64,000 bases of DNA, from contig DATKGX010000048.1 in assembly GCA_035510555.1 (NCBI GenBank), forward strand, positions 12,148 to 76,147, read 5' to 3'. This document shows positions 20,338-31,066 of the stretch, in pieces. Within the stretch, counting starts at the first letter, position 1. Each line of letters opens with the position of its first letter. The translations under genes were made by a program, and so were the position numbers. This stretch comes from Patescibacteria group bacterium (GTDB lineage: Bacteria; Patescibacteriota; Microgenomatia; Levybacterales; UBA12049). The notes under the pieces were generated by a model. That model had not been told where the DNA came from, made no database searches, and worked only from the letters and a program-made list of their open reading frames with translations.

Positions 20338-22620
20338 TTAAAATAGCGTATCGTAAAACACGATTGTATGCTTACCCTTAGGAGTTATTATACCTCTAAA
20401 GTTATAATCCGTAAGGTATACTGGGGTTTCTTTCCCGTCAATCGTTGCATGCCAACTCGGATAATAACTGTCTGTTAAAACCAAAAAGCTAACGCCTGGA
20501 TTATTTACACTAATCACAACTTTGTTATCCTGATAGTCGGTAATTACTGCCTTGCCTAGTCCCCAATTTGACTGAAACAATTGTTTATCGTTAACATTTT
20601 CTACCACTGCCCTTTTGTTAAGCAGAAAATTAACGTCAAATAGAGCATTAATCGCTTGTTGTTTTGAATTAGCCAAGAAAGTCGTACTGACAAAAAATAC
20701 TCTGGGAAAAGTCGTTACATTTTCATAAATTCTGACCACACCGTCCGTAAAAACCTGTGTTAGTTTTGGATTTTTAATTTCCTCCAAACTTAAAACATAT
20801 TTAACTCCCAGCAAATCCGTTGTTCTTGACAATGGATCTTGCGGAGTAATAATGCGGTTAAAACCAAAAGGCGGACTGATATTTGGCTCACCCCTAGCCG
20901 ACGCGGCCATCAATTCGCCATACCTTTGCAAATATAAAGGATCGTAGCCGTCAAGCGTTTGCAATTTATACATAATGGAGAAGTTGGGAGGAAGAATTCT
21001 TGAATCAGTTGCCATCACTCGAAAAGGTCCCGGCTGATTTTGTAAAAACGAAGTTATTGCAGTGGACGGAAAAAGATAGTCTTTGTTGGTAAAAGGTTCA
21101 AATTTCCAACCAAAGCGAAAAAGATCAAAGACAGTGATCAAAATTAATAGACTGACTAATGCCGCCATAAGCTTTTTATGAGAACTTAAAGCCAAGACTG
21201 ATAACGTAATTAAAGCGACAACGAATAACAGCGTCGGTAAAATCAGGTTTTGCTTAGCAATTGCCAAATTTTGACCCAATAAAATCTGCCTGTGGAAGAT
21301 TAGCACAAAAGACCAAAAACTAATTAATGCTATTCCAAAGATTCCCAACACGTAAAATATCAATTTCCTATTTTTACTGTTTATAAAATAATCTAACCCA
21401 AAGGCGGCTAAGACACTTAAAGAAAAATCAGCGATGAATAATAACCGCGTCGGCTGAGCGGTGGAAAGAAAAGGAATATCTAATTTAAAAGGAACTTTAG
21501 CAAAAATTGTCGGTAGGGCAAAAACTAAAGACAAAAATAAAGCTAATCCAAACAGAAAAGTGTTTTTATCTCTTCTAAAAATAAGCGCATAAAACGCCAT
21601 GACAAGCGGCACGATGCCAACGTAGCCGATAAATTCACCGTAATTCCAAATACCATAATAGTTAAGCGTTGCCGGATTGCCAAAAAAGTCCGGTGCAATA
21701 AATTGAATTAAATTCTGCCAGGGGATAAACCAACCGGCCTGAGTAAAACCTGGCAAATCGACGTTACGGGCGGAAAGGGCTATAAAATTTAACGTCGGCA
21801 ACCACTGGACAACCGTCAGAATCAAGAATAAAGAAGTAAGTATTATGAATAAGCCGAGTGTTTTGAGACGTTTTCCCTGCTGGAAAAAACGGAGGAGGGA
21901 ATAAACCAATGTAAATATCGAAAGGTAGAAGAACGTTTGCAGGTGCCCCGCAAAAAATGCAAAAACAAGGGCAAATAGAAACACTGCCGGCCAAATTGAA
22001 AATTGAAACTTAAAGATTGAAAATTTCCTGAGGTTTTCTTCCGACATTATTTTATCTATACTGAGTAGGATCAGAGGTAACCATAGCGCAGTCAACAATA
22101 TTGTTCCCCATTCCATCCAAGCAATCGAAAATCCGCAAAAAGCAAATGCAACTGCTCCCAAAAGACTGGCGGCTTTATTTAGTTTTAGATTTGCTAAGTA
22201 AAAAAACAAGAACAGACCGGCTAAAAGTGGTTGTAAAAAAATAATTAAGCCCCAGGCAGTAGAGAAAGGTAAAAGAAAAAATAGTAAGTTAAAAGGATAA
22301 AATACCCCGGACTGGAAATTAGCTAAAAGTGGTGTTCCGGTAAAATTATAGGGATTCCAGATTGGCAACGTGAACTTTTTTTCTGCATCAATTACCAATT
22401 GTTTCCATGGGATTTGCTGTCTAACCGGATCCGTAATCAGGAAATTTTTGTAAGGCAGGCCGTTCGGGTTTGTCTTGAAATATAAGTCCCGAAATGGGTA
22501 GTAAAGCCCAACGATTGTATCGGCAGGAATTGGCGATTGTCCCTGTAAAAATAGCGCTTTAAAAAAAACAAGAGTTAATAAAACGAAAAAGGCGATTAAT
22601 AATATCCTTAGCTTATTCAT
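20338..22620 (-). CDS. YfhO family polytopic membrane protein (GT-C-like glycosyltransferase)
   Basis: 760 aa with many TMs. C-terminal SDSYYPSWHATIDGKETPVYLTDYNFRGI...GKHTIVF module typical of YfhO. Confidence 0.75.
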   Translation of the reverse strand: MNKLRILLIAFFVLLTLVFFKALFLQGQSPIPADTIVGLYYPFRDLYFKTNPNGLPYKNFLITDPVRQQIPWKQLVIDAEKKFTLPIWNPYNFTGTPLLANFQSGVFYPFNLLFFLLPFSTAWGLIIFLQPLLAGLFLFFYLANLKLNKAASLLGAVAFAFCGFSIAWMEWGTILLTALWLPLILLSIDKIMSEENLRKFSIFKFQFSIWPAVFLFALVFAFFAGHLQTFFYLSIFTLVYSLLRFFQQGKRLKTLGLFIILTSLFLILTVVQWLPTLNFIALSARNVDLPGFTQAGWFIPWQNLIQFIAPDFFGNPATLNYYGIWNYGEFIGYVGIVPLVMAFYALIFRRDKNTFLFGLALFLSLVFALPTIFAKVPFKLDIPFLSTAQPTRLLFIADFSLSVLAAFGLDYFINSKNRKLIFYVLGIFGIALISFWSFVLIFHRQILLGQNLAIAKQNLILPTLLFVVALITLSVLALSSHKKLMAALVSLLILITVFDLFRFGWKFEPFTNKDYLFPSTAITSFLQNQPGPFRVMATDSRILPPNFSIMYKLQTLDGYDPLYLQRYGELMAASARGEPNISPPFGFNRIITPQDPLSRTTDLLGVKYVLSLEEIKNPKLTQVFTDGVVRIYENVTTFPRVFFVSTTFLANSKQQAINALFDVNFLLNKRAVVENVNDKQLFQSNWGLGKAVITDYQDNKVVISVNNPGVSFLVLTDSYYPSWHATIDGKETPVYLTDYNFRGIITPKGKHTIVFYDTLF

Positions 22621-23696
22621 CTAGTAAAAATTGAATCTAGTTTTTCGCAGAATCTGTCGGTTGAAAATTCTCCTGCTTTTTCTCGAGCGCTTTTTGCCAT
22701 TTTCTCAAGCATCACATTATCTTTAATTAGTTGCATGGTTTTATCTATCATCTCTTTTACATTATCAAATAAAAACCCGTCCCGGCCGTCCCGGACAATC
22801 TCCTTTTGCCCGCCGGCATTGATGACAACCGGAACAAGTCCATTAAGCATTGCTTCTACGGTGGTGATACCAAAATGCTCTGCTCTTTCGGGATGAATTG
22901 TTAAGTTTTCGGCAAAACCGGACGCGTGCCAATAAATTTTGCTTTGCGCATAAACTTCATTTAGCTTTTCGAGTGCGACATTAGCGAAGATTTTTATCGG
23001 GTAGCCTTTAATTTGCTTCTTCAAAGCCTCTAAAATCTCTTGGTCTTTTTCCAAAAAACTTACCACCAAAACTAGCTCCCAATTCTTGACACCGCTATCA
23101 ACAATTTCCTTAAAAACTTTAATTATAAAATCCTGCTTTTTAGATAGCCCACCGTCTGGAAAGGCTGAAAGTCTCCCAACGTTAAGAATTTGATTCTTTT
23201 TCTTTTTAGGATTTACTTTAGGAAAATCTTTTTTTAAATACGTCGGTGGATATAAAATTTCGCTGTCCGTATTAAATTTTTTATCAATAAAGGCTTTTGT
23301 AAAATATGAATTGCAAATAATTTTTGCAATTCTTAGCTCTTTTAGCTTACTTAATAAACTACTTTTATTAACCCATTCAATCGGAAACTGAAAATGAATA
23401 TATAATTTAGAGCCTAAAAGCGGCAAACTACCATCGCTTAAGAAAAAAATGGCGTCATACTTTTTACTTTCCAAATATCTTTTGTAGAGAGGCGTTTTGG
23501 CGGAGAAAATATTATTGGCTGTTTTTACTTTAGATAAATCAAGGTTAAATCTGGCGGCGCCCTTTTCCAAAACCCCATTTTGATCCCAAAAAACAGTTAC
23601 TTCATGCTTTTGCGATAAGTAGCAAGCGGCGGTCAGCATGTATTTTTCCCCGCCTCCGAGAGTATCAAGATAGGGATCAAATACTCCGATTCTCAT
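22617..23696 (-). CDS. GT4 (GT-B fold) glycosyltransferase
   Basis: 359 aa. E-x7-E motif EHFGITTVEAMLNGLVPVV in the C-terminal half. Confidence 0.8.
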   Translation of the reverse strand: MRIGVFDPYLDTLGGGEKYMLTAACYLSQKHEVTVFWDQNGVLEKGAARFNLDLSKVKTANNIFSAKTPLYKRYLESKKYDAIFFLSDGSLPLLGSKLYIHFQFPIEWVNKSSLLSKLKELRIAKIICNSYFTKAFIDKKFNTDSEILYPPTYLKKDFPKVNPKKKKNQILNVGRLSAFPDGGLSKKQDFIIKVFKEIVDSGVKNWELVLVVSFLEKDQEILEALKKQIKGYPIKIFANVALEKLNEVYAQSKIYWHASGFAENLTIHPERAEHFGITTVEAMLNGLVPVVINAGGQKEIVRDGRDGFLFDNVKEMIDKTMQLIKDNVMLEKMAKSAREKAGEFSTDRFCEKLDSIFTR

Positions 23697-23762
23697 ACTC
23701 CTATTCTAGCAAGTTTTTAGCTTAGTTGCATTTATAGATAAGAGAGCGCTATAATTTAAACG

Positions 23763-24032
23763 ATGAATTTATTTAATAACTTCGCCCAGAACCAAATATG
23801 GTTGTTTTTCGTTCTTTATCTTTGGTCATTACTCTGGAAAGGATTAGCCCTTTGGAGAGCAGCTCAGCTCAAACAAAGAAATTGGTTCGTAGGAATTTTG
23901 ATTTTAAATACGGTGGGGATTTTGGAGATTGTTTATCTTTTCTTCTTTGCTAAAAAGAAAATGACTTTAGGAGAGCTTAAGTTTTGGGCCGTAAAATTAA
24001 ATCCCTTTTCGAAATCACCGCAAGCAAAATAA
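23763..24032 (+). CDS. Small (89 aa) two-TM membrane protein, hypothetical
   Basis: It is the only plus-strand ORF in the cluster. It sits in the 280-nt gap between the GT4 gene and the 23977 YfhO gene, with its 3' end overlapping the YfhO gene by 56 nt. Two clear hydrophobic helices. Coding status uncertain. Confidence 0.3.
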   Translation: MNLFNNFAQNQIWLFFVLYLWSLLWKGLALWRAAQLKQRNWFVGILILNTVGILEIVYLFFFAKKKMTLGELKFWAVKLNPFSKSPQAK

Positions 24033-26322
24033 TAGTTAATAATCCTAAGACTCCAGCTAAAACACCTACGTTAAAACTTAATGGGTTGTAAACGAATTCT
24101 ACTTGGTGTTTTCCACTTGGAACAAGAATTGCCCGGAAAGTAAAATCGGCACGGTAAATTTGCGTCTGATGTCCGTCCACAAAAGCTTGCCAACCGGGAT
24201 AATAAGTATCCGAAAGGAACAATAAATTGTTCCCACTGGAATTTGTGGTGATCAAGATTTTTCCCGAAGAATATTTATCGATTCTGGCTGTCCCCTGCCC
24301 GCTAAGATTGACCTTTGGATCCTGCTCTAAAACGAGTTCATTTCTTAAATCAAAGCTTGAACTAAACATCTTATTGAGAATTTTCTGCGGATTGCTTTCA
24401 ACGATATATTTACTCGCTAGAAATGCTCGGGGAAAAGCATTCTTATTTTCAAAAACTTGGTAGACACCGTCATTATAAATAGTCGAGAATGTCCCGGACG
24501 GATAGCTCCAGAAGGGAAAAGTCCAGGGCGCATGACCGTCCGCAACTTTATGCACAATATATTTTACTCCCAATAAATTAATTGCCTGTTTCGCGTAAAA
24601 ACTATCTTTAGGAAAAGCAACAACAGAACGACCCGACTCAATCAGTATTCCTTTATCTAGCGATGCTATAAATTCTCCGTATCTTTTTACGTAAACCGCA
24701 TCATACCCATCGAGCGCAGGCAGACAATAGTAAATTGTTCCCTCGCCTCCCATATTACTAACGATTCTTTCAAACCCCGAAATTTTATTTAGCTCTTTTG
24801 TAATTGGAAGTTGTGGATACATTAAATTCCTTGGGTCAAACGGCATCCATTTAGCGGAAAATCTCAACAAATCAAAAGAGACAACCAAGATTAACGCTAG
24901 CGGTAAAAGCTTAATTAGGAATTCTTTTTTAAGATGCACCGTTAATAAAGAAAATGTCGTTAAGACCCAGAGAGCGAAGAAAATAATTGTTGGCAGTATT
25001 AAATTTTGTTTAGCAATCGTTATTTTGTCCAGAGGAATCAGTAATTTTAAAAATACTACCGCCCAAAGTGCCACGAAAATTATCGTAAAAAGAGTTAGTA
25101 GTAAATAGATGGGTTTGATATTTTTCTGTCTGATGTCTTTAATTAATCTATCGAGCCCATAACCGGCTAAAACACAAGCCGAAAAACTAAATAAAACAAT
25201 TATTCTACTTAAAGCGCTGGTTGAAAGAACCGGAACTTTAAGGAAAACCAATAAATCAAGTAGCGGAGTTTGAAAAGAGAAAAGAATTGCCAATAACCCC
25301 ATCAAGCCAAAGAACAAAATCTCCTTTTTTCTGACTTTAAAAATCGCGTAAAATCCCAAAATCAAAGGCACAACTCCAATATAAGCATTCCATTCCGCGT
25401 AATGGCCAAACCAATCGTTTCTCGTCACTGGATTGCCTAAATAGTCGGGGACTAAAAAGGTTGATAAATATCCCCAGGGAATAACTTCACCTTTGGCAAA
25501 AATTCCGCTTCTTAAAGATTGCATGTATGCTTCAACCGATGGAAAAAGTTGGGGCAGTGAAAGTAAAAAGCCTAGAAAAGTATAAAGTATGACATAAAAA
25601 GCGTTACGGGTATTTCTTGTTTGAAAAAATTTGAAGATTATATACGCTGCGACAAACAGAAAAAAGTAAATACTGATTTGGAAATGTCCGCTGAAAAAAG
25701 ACAGCGGTAAAGAAAGAGCAAGCAAAATTAAAAACCGATTTTTTTGTGTCTGATAGAATTTCTCAATCGCAAACAAAGTCAGTGGTAAAAAAAGAATTGC
25801 ATATCCTAGCGTTGCATAAGCCATCCAAGTCGTGATAAAACCGCAGAACATAAAACCCAAAGAGCCGATAAGTGAGCCTTCATTGCTGATCTTTAGAGAT
25901 TTGAGAAAAGCGAACATAAATAATCCTGCTAGCAATGGCTGTAATAATACCAATAAGCTCCAAGTATCAATAAATGGCAGAATAAAGAAGATTAAATTAA
26001 AAGGCGATAAAACAGCCGACTGGTAATTTGCGAGTTGTGGTGTTCCGGAAAAACTGTAAGGATTCCAAAGGGGGAGTTGCCAATTCTTCAAAGTTTCTAT
26101 CGTTAAAGTTTTCCAAGGATAGATTTGTGTGATGATATCCGGCATCGCATTATTTTTAATCGGCGACGCAAATCCGGGATACGCATTCCAGGGAGAAAAA
26201 AAGTTTACCAAATAGGTTGATGAAAAAGGAACTTTATGCTGGATAAAATATGGGGAGGAAAAAATAAACCAGACAGCAATGATTAGTAGAACTGGCCAAA
26301 ATCGTTTGAGTAATTTTATCAT
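23977..26322 (-). CDS. YfhO family polytopic membrane protein
   Basis: 781 aa. C-terminal SDTYYPGWQAFVDGHQTQIYRADFTFRAI...GKHQVEF plus terminal TM. Confidence 0.75.
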   Translation of the reverse strand: MIKLLKRFWPVLLIIAVWFIFSSPYFIQHKVPFSSTYLVNFFSPWNAYPGFASPIKNNAMPDIITQIYPWKTLTIETLKNWQLPLWNPYSFSGTPQLANYQSAVLSPFNLIFFILPFIDTWSLLVLLQPLLAGLFMFAFLKSLKISNEGSLIGSLGFMFCGFITTWMAYATLGYAILFLPLTLFAIEKFYQTQKNRFLILLALSLPLSFFSGHFQISIYFFLFVAAYIIFKFFQTRNTRNAFYVILYTFLGFLLSLPQLFPSVEAYMQSLRSGIFAKGEVIPWGYLSTFLVPDYLGNPVTRNDWFGHYAEWNAYIGVVPLILGFYAIFKVRKKEILFFGLMGLLAILFSFQTPLLDLLVFLKVPVLSTSALSRIIVLFSFSACVLAGYGLDRLIKDIRQKNIKPIYLLLTLFTIIFVALWAVVFLKLLIPLDKITIAKQNLILPTIIFFALWVLTTFSLLTVHLKKEFLIKLLPLALILVVSFDLLRFSAKWMPFDPRNLMYPQLPITKELNKISGFERIVSNMGGEGTIYYCLPALDGYDAVYVKRYGEFIASLDKGILIESGRSVVAFPKDSFYAKQAINLLGVKYIVHKVADGHAPWTFPFWSYPSGTFSTIYNDGVYQVFENKNAFPRAFLASKYIVESNPQKILNKMFSSSFDLRNELVLEQDPKVNLSGQGTARIDKYSSGKILITTNSSGNNLLFLSDTYYPGWQAFVDGHQTQIYRADFTFRAILVPSGKHQVEFVYNPLSFNVGVLAGVLGLLTIILLAVISKRDLILRPKT

Positions 26323-27080
26323 GACTTTTTATTTTTGGCTTGGTTTTGTAATTCCCATAACTTTGCGTACGTCACAAACATACTAAACGACTGGTACATA
26401 CTTTCTACGATTCCCGTTGCCCCCGCCTTGTATCCTCCTTGTCTAATGTATGAATCAAAGAATGTCGTCAGCATTACTCTTGGAAATCTCCACCACGTCA
26501 TTTGCGGATGTCCACTGTTATACCGAAGCAGTGCCTCCTGCGTTGACCATTCAATGGTTTTACTTAGCATACTTTCCAAATCACGGTGCGTAAAATGTAA
26601 AATAAATCCTTCGTTGATTTTCCCAATTTCACCATCCACAATCGGACTTTCGTGCAGCTTCCCTTTCCATCCTTTTAACTTTTCTTTTTTAAACAACCTT
26701 TCCAATTTTTCAATTTTAGGCCACTGGCACTTGCCAAAATAAAAATTCTTTCTCCTTAAAAAATACGCCGCATATTTGGTTTCATCCGTAATAATTTTCT
26801 TGATTGAACTCTTGAGTTCATCATCTATTCTTTCATCCGCATCAAGATACAGTACCCAATCGTTTTCCGCTTTACTCAAGCCAAAATTCCTAAGTTCCGA
26901 AAAATCATTGGTTTTTATTTCATAAACTTTAGCCTTTTTTTCTTCGGAAATCTGTTTAGTTTTATCGGTTGAACCATTATCAATCACAATAATTTCGTCG
27001 CAAAACCCTAAGCTTTCTAAAGCCTCTCTGATCATCTTCTCTTCATCTCTTGCAATGATGATAGCCGAAATTTTATTCAT
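26319..27080 (-). CDS. GT2 family glycosyltransferase
   Basis: 253 aa. MNKISAIIIARDEEKMIREALESL...IVIDNGSTDKT...DADE. Paralog of 27990..28907. Confidence 0.8.
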   Translation of the reverse strand: MNKISAIIIARDEEKMIREALESLGFCDEIIVIDNGSTDKTKQISEEKKAKVYEIKTNDFSELRNFGLSKAENDWVLYLDADERIDDELKSSIKKIITDETKYAAYFLRRKNFYFGKCQWPKIEKLERLFKKEKLKGWKGKLHESPIVDGEIGKINEGFILHFTHRDLESMLSKTIEWSTQEALLRYNSGHPQMTWWRFPRVMLTTFFDSYIRQGGYKAGATGIVESMYQSFSMFVTYAKLWELQNQAKNKKS

Positions 27081-27987
27081 GATAACTTCCTTTCCTAAAT
27101 CTTCGAAGATAAAAATCCAAAACGCCTTTTTTTTGCCAAGACCTACCTGTTAACATAATTCTGAAACTTTCTTTAATCAGCGCAATCTTTGTTCTAAGAG
27201 ATGAGTAACCGAAGCCGAACAATAATCTGTTTCGGGTTATATAATAGTCGTGAAGTGATGAACCGGAACCGCCTGTAGACCCAGCATTTAAATGCCACAA
27301 TATACCTTTCGGTTGATAAAAAACTTTGAAGCCCATTTTTTTTGCCCGTTGGCTCAAATCATTATCTTCATAATAAAGAAAATATCTTTCGTCAAACAAA
27401 CCGACCTTTTCCAGAACATCCCGCTTGATCATTTCACAACAGCCGCTGGCAAAATCCGTCTGCTCGACTTTTTCATATTGTCCTTTATCAACTTCGTCAA
27501 CTCCACGATGCGAAGCGAGTATATTTCCCCAATCCATTTTACCTCCGGCATACCAAATCACTTTTCCCAACTCTGATTCTAGATATCTGTCTTTATGAAA
27601 CTCGTGGCCCTTGGAAAAATAGATTTTCGGAGAAACTATTCCGCAGTCTTTTTCTTCTTGAAAAGTCTTGAGCAGTTCGCTAATTAAATTCTTGTCAAGA
27701 ATGACGTCATTATTCAAAACAACGACATAATCCGCGCCGTTTTCTAAAGCATGCTTAATTCCCAAATTCTGTCCGCCGGCAAATCCCAGATTCTTCTCGC
27801 TTCTGATTATTTTTAAAATGAACTTCTGATATTTTTTATTCTCAGCAAACTTTTCCTTCGAAGCATTATCAACAACAACCACACTTAGATCAAAATCTTC
27901 TTTATTTATTGCTTCCAAACTTTGAAGACATTCGTGAGTATCTTTATTGCCATTGAAATTTAGGATTGTGACAAAAATTTTCGCCAT
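27073..27987 (-). CDS. GT2 family glycosyltransferase (rhamnosyltransferase-like)
   Basis: ORF track gives 27073..28077. The internal Met MAKIFVTILNFNG at 27987 abuts the upstream stop at 27990. Motifs VVVDNASKE and LNNDV. Confidence 0.75.
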   Translation of the reverse strand: MAKIFVTILNFNGNKDTHECLQSLEAINKEDFDLSVVVVDNASKEKFAENKKYQKFILKIIRSEKNLGFAGGQNLGIKHALENGADYVVVLNNDVILDKNLISELLKTFQEEKDCGIVSPKIYFSKGHEFHKDRYLESELGKVIWYAGGKMDWGNILASHRGVDEVDKGQYEKVEQTDFASGCCEMIKRDVLEKVGLFDERYFLYYEDNDLSQRAKKMGFKVFYQPKGILWHLNAGSTGGSGSSLHDYYITRNRLLFGFGYSSLRTKIALIKESFRIMLTGRSWQKKGVLDFYLRRFRKGSYHE

Positions 27988-27989
27988 AT

Positions 27990-28907
27990 TTATATTCCGC
28001 GGAGTTTGTTGGAAACTCTTTGCAGGTGCCGTTGAATTGGATTTTTGATGCTTTCTAATTTCTCCTTTGAAATCCAATATAGAACTTCCCGTCCGCCTCT
28101 CTGGAATTCCTTTTCGGTATCTTTAAGAAAATCCTCTTTGTCATACTCCTTGAATCCTTGTTTTTCCCAAAGATAAGCAAAAATTAAGAAATGATAGAAC
28201 GCCATTAAAAGCGACAGCATCAACCCATAGAAGCCATCCTTATAGCCTTTTCTGGCGAAAAACCGGCTGATAAACTCGTTTAAGGGAAATCTGACGGCAT
28301 CAAAAGCAGAAAACTGATAACCTTTATCTAAATAATCTTGAGCTTCATTCGGCGCATAAATATCAACGGTTCTTCTGATAAATTGCGTAATCGTTTCGTA
28401 ATGATGGTGAATTATGAACTCCTTTAGATAAACTGACTCGCCTTCTAATTTTAGCGCCTCGTGAACATGCGCTTTGACATATTTTCCTTTACCCTTTTTA
28501 AATAGTCTTAATTGCGGATCCGGATACCAACCGGTGTGTTCAATGAATTTACCAAAGATGATATTTTTTCTGGGAATCCAGTACCCATTAATTTCTGCTT
28601 TTTGATTTTTGATTTTTGATTTTATTTCTTCCGCCAATTCTTTGGAAACATCTTCGTCCGCATCAATGCTTAAGATCCAATCGCCGGTGGCCTTTTCAAA
28701 GCCGAAGTTCTTTTGTAAGTCTATTTCTGCCGGATTATTTTTTTGCGAGAAAACTTTAGCGGTGTATTTTTTAGCAATTTCTGCGGTTTTATCGGTTGAA
28801 CTATTATCAACCACTATTATTTCGTCGGCAAAAGCTAAAGATTTAAGACATTGCTCAATATTTTTTTCTTCGTTGTAAGCCGAAATTACGGCTGAAACTT
28901 TACTCAT
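27990..28907 (-). CDS. GT2 family glycosyltransferase
   Basis: 305 aa. MSKVSAVISAYNEEKNIEQCLKSL...IVVDNSSTDKT...DADED. Confidence 0.8.
   Translation of the reverse strand: MSKVSAVISAYNEEKNIEQCLKSLAFADEIIVVDNSSTDKTAEIAKKYTAKVFSQKNNPAEIDLQKNFGFEKATGDWILSIDADEDVSKELAEEIKSKIKNQKAEINGYWIPRKNIIFGKFIEHTGWYPDPQLRLFKKGKGKYVKAHVHEALKLEGESVYLKEFIIHHHYETITQFIRRTVDIYAPNEAQDYLDKGYQFSAFDAVRFPLNEFISRFFARKGYKDGFYGLMLSLLMAFYHFLIFAYLWEKQGFKEYDKEDFLKDTEKEFQRGGREVLYWISKEKLESIKNPIQRHLQRVSNKLRGI
28599..28619. repeat. Heptanucleotide tandem repeat (TTTTTGA)x3 inside the GT2 gene 27990..28907
   Basis: Three exact units plus a partial fourth. Confidence 0.6.
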
Positions 28908-28908
28908 T

Positions 28909-30363
28909 TTATCTTCGTAAGTGACTTATGACTAATCTTGCGTCCGCCAAAACTTCATTCCGTGCGAAAAGAAAGATACATAAAAAGTATAGCACTGCGC
29001 CCAGCAAAATCATAAAAATAAGCGAGATTAAGCTTCTGACCAGAATCGGGCTTAGGAAGTAAATTACAATACCCATTATCGCAGCTGCTAAGAATGGATA
29101 CATTGTAGCCGCAAAAACATTGAATTTAACATATTTTTTCGCAAGATAAACTACCAATACTACCGAGCAAGCAATTAAAGCCGATGCCGCCGCAACACCG
29201 TTAAAGCCCATCGTGACTATGAGAATAGGGGTTAAAACCCAGGTCGCAATTGTCCAACCAACCATTAGATACAAAGAGATTTTTATTTTTCCGATGGCGT
29301 TAAGAGCATTGGTTAAAGGCGTTGATATCGAAGACAAGGCGGCGCCAATTGCAAAAAGAGCTAAGGATAAAAGCGCCGGCTCCCATTTAAGATATTTTGG
29401 AATTAAATGGATAAAATATGGTGAAAGCGTGACAAGTCCGACTAAAGCCGGAAAAATCAAAAAACAGGCCGCAAAAATTGATTTTTCAATTGCTCTTTCT
29501 AAAACTTCTTTTTCGTTTTGCAATCTCGAAAAGGAAGGAAAAGTAATCCTAATCACGTTATCCATAATTAGCCTTAAAGGCGCAAACGCCCATTTCTGCG
29601 CAAAACCGATATAACCAACTTGAGCAAGCGGTAAAGCTTTTCCTAGGTAGGCAATAAATAAATCATCTTTGATTAGAGCTAGAAAACTATTTAGCTGAAA
29701 CGGAATTCCGAAAGACAGAAGTTTTCGCGCCGATTCTTTTGAAAATCCAAATCCAATTTTCCAAGGGCTAATTATATAAATTGCAATTACGCCGGAGATT
29801 CCCCTAGCCAGAACCGCGTAGGTAAAGCTATAAACACCAAAACCTTTGATGGCTAAAATGACAACCACAATGCTAAAGAAAAAAGTTTCGACGATTTGCG
29901 GAATTACCAACTTCTCAAAACGTAAATCTCTTTCGAGAATTATTGACGGAATTGTTTTTAGAGACGATAGGAAGAAGGCAATTGCTAAAGCTTGAAATAA
30001 ATAGATTCCTTCCTGCTCCAGATGGTAAAAATTAGCGATTGGTCGAGCTAAGAAGAGAGCGATTAAGACGACTGAAACAACCAAGATTTGCTGTAGAGTA
30101 AAAGTTGTTTTTAAATCTTCCCGGGTAATCGCTTCTTTTTTCTGGATTAACGCGGCCGCCAAACCAATATCCGAAAAATAGGAGAGGAAAGCAATTGCGG
30201 CCGAAACGACAAAATAAACACCAAAAATTGCCGGCGACAAAAAAATCGTCAGCAAAAAATTAGCTAAAAAACTGACTATTTGAATAACAAAAGTTCTCGA
30301 CGTCAAAGCAAAGACGCCCCGAATGGAACGTTTAGTGATTACTGCGATATCAACTTCTTCCAT
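28909..30363 (-). CDS. Wzx-type oligosaccharide flippase (MOP superfamily, polysaccharide biosynthesis protein)
   Basis: 484 aa with about 12-14 TMs. N-terminal ...RGVFALTSRTFVIQIVSFLANFLLTIFLSP..GVY... typical of PF01943. Confidence 0.75.
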   Translation of the reverse strand: MEEVDIAVITKRSIRGVFALTSRTFVIQIVSFLANFLLTIFLSPAIFGVYFVVSAAIAFLSYFSDIGLAAALIQKKEAITREDLKTTFTLQQILVVSVVLIALFLARPIANFYHLEQEGIYLFQALAIAFFLSSLKTIPSIILERDLRFEKLVIPQIVETFFFSIVVVILAIKGFGVYSFTYAVLARGISGVIAIYIISPWKIGFGFSKESARKLLSFGIPFQLNSFLALIKDDLFIAYLGKALPLAQVGYIGFAQKWAFAPLRLIMDNVIRITFPSFSRLQNEKEVLERAIEKSIFAACFLIFPALVGLVTLSPYFIHLIPKYLKWEPALLSLALFAIGAALSSISTPLTNALNAIGKIKISLYLMVGWTIATWVLTPILIVTMGFNGVAAASALIACSVVLVVYLAKKYVKFNVFAATMYPFLAAAIMGIVIYFLSPILVRSLISLIFMILLGAVLYFLCIFLFARNEVLADARLVISHLRR

Positions 30364-31066
30364 AATTAAAACTTAAATCTTTCCAAAGCGACAAACTTTC
30401 TCTTACAGCTCTTACAATTACTCTTAAATTCCCTCCGCTTTGATCCCCATAAATCCGCGGATAATGGTTTACTTCTACTTGTATGATTTTTAAATGCGCT
30501 TTTTTTGCTTTGGCTAGAATTTCGGTTGTTATCATCGCGCCCTCTGACTGAAAAGGCAGGATTTTATTTAAAGCGTCTTTTTTAAAAAGCTTAAAACCAC
30601 AATCGATATCTTTGAAGTGAAAGTTGAAAAGTAAAAAATCCCACACTTTTAGCATATTCATTAAAATATGCCGAAAAGGATTATCCAGTCTCTTTTTTCG
30701 ATAGCCTATGACCATATCTGCGTTTTCAATTCTTTCCAAAAACTTTGTTACTTCCGAAAAATCAAATTGCCCATCGCCGTCACTAAAAACGACCAAGTCA
30801 TATTTTGCTTTGGCAAAACCTGTTTTAAGCGCTGCTCCGTATCCCCTATTTTTCTCGTGAGAAACAACGCTTAAGTTTGGATTTTGTTTGGCTAAATTTT
30901 GAGCAATTTCTAAAGTTTTATCTGACGAACCATCGTCAACCATTATAATTTCCCATTTATTGACGACTTTTTGCAGCACGGGAATTGCTTTTTTAATCAC
31001 CGCTTCGATATTATCCTGCTCATTCCAAAATGGGAAAAAAACTGATAGCTCTGAAACTTTATGCAT
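30350..31066 (-). CDS. GT2 glycosyltransferase, DPM1-like polyprenyl-phosphate sugar synthase candidate
   Basis: 238 aa. LSVFFPFWNEQDNIEAV...IMVDDGSSDKT...FSDGDGQF. Confidence 0.75.
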   Translation of the reverse strand: MHKVSELSVFFPFWNEQDNIEAVIKKAIPVLQKVVNKWEIIMVDDGSSDKTLEIAQNLAKQNPNLSVVSHEKNRGYGAALKTGFAKAKYDLVVFSDGDGQFDFSEVTKFLERIENADMVIGYRKKRLDNPFRHILMNMLKVWDFLLFNFHFKDIDCGFKLFKKDALNKILPFQSEGAMITTEILAKAKKAHLKIIQVEVNHYPRIYGDQSGGNLRVIVRAVRESLSLWKDLSFNYGRS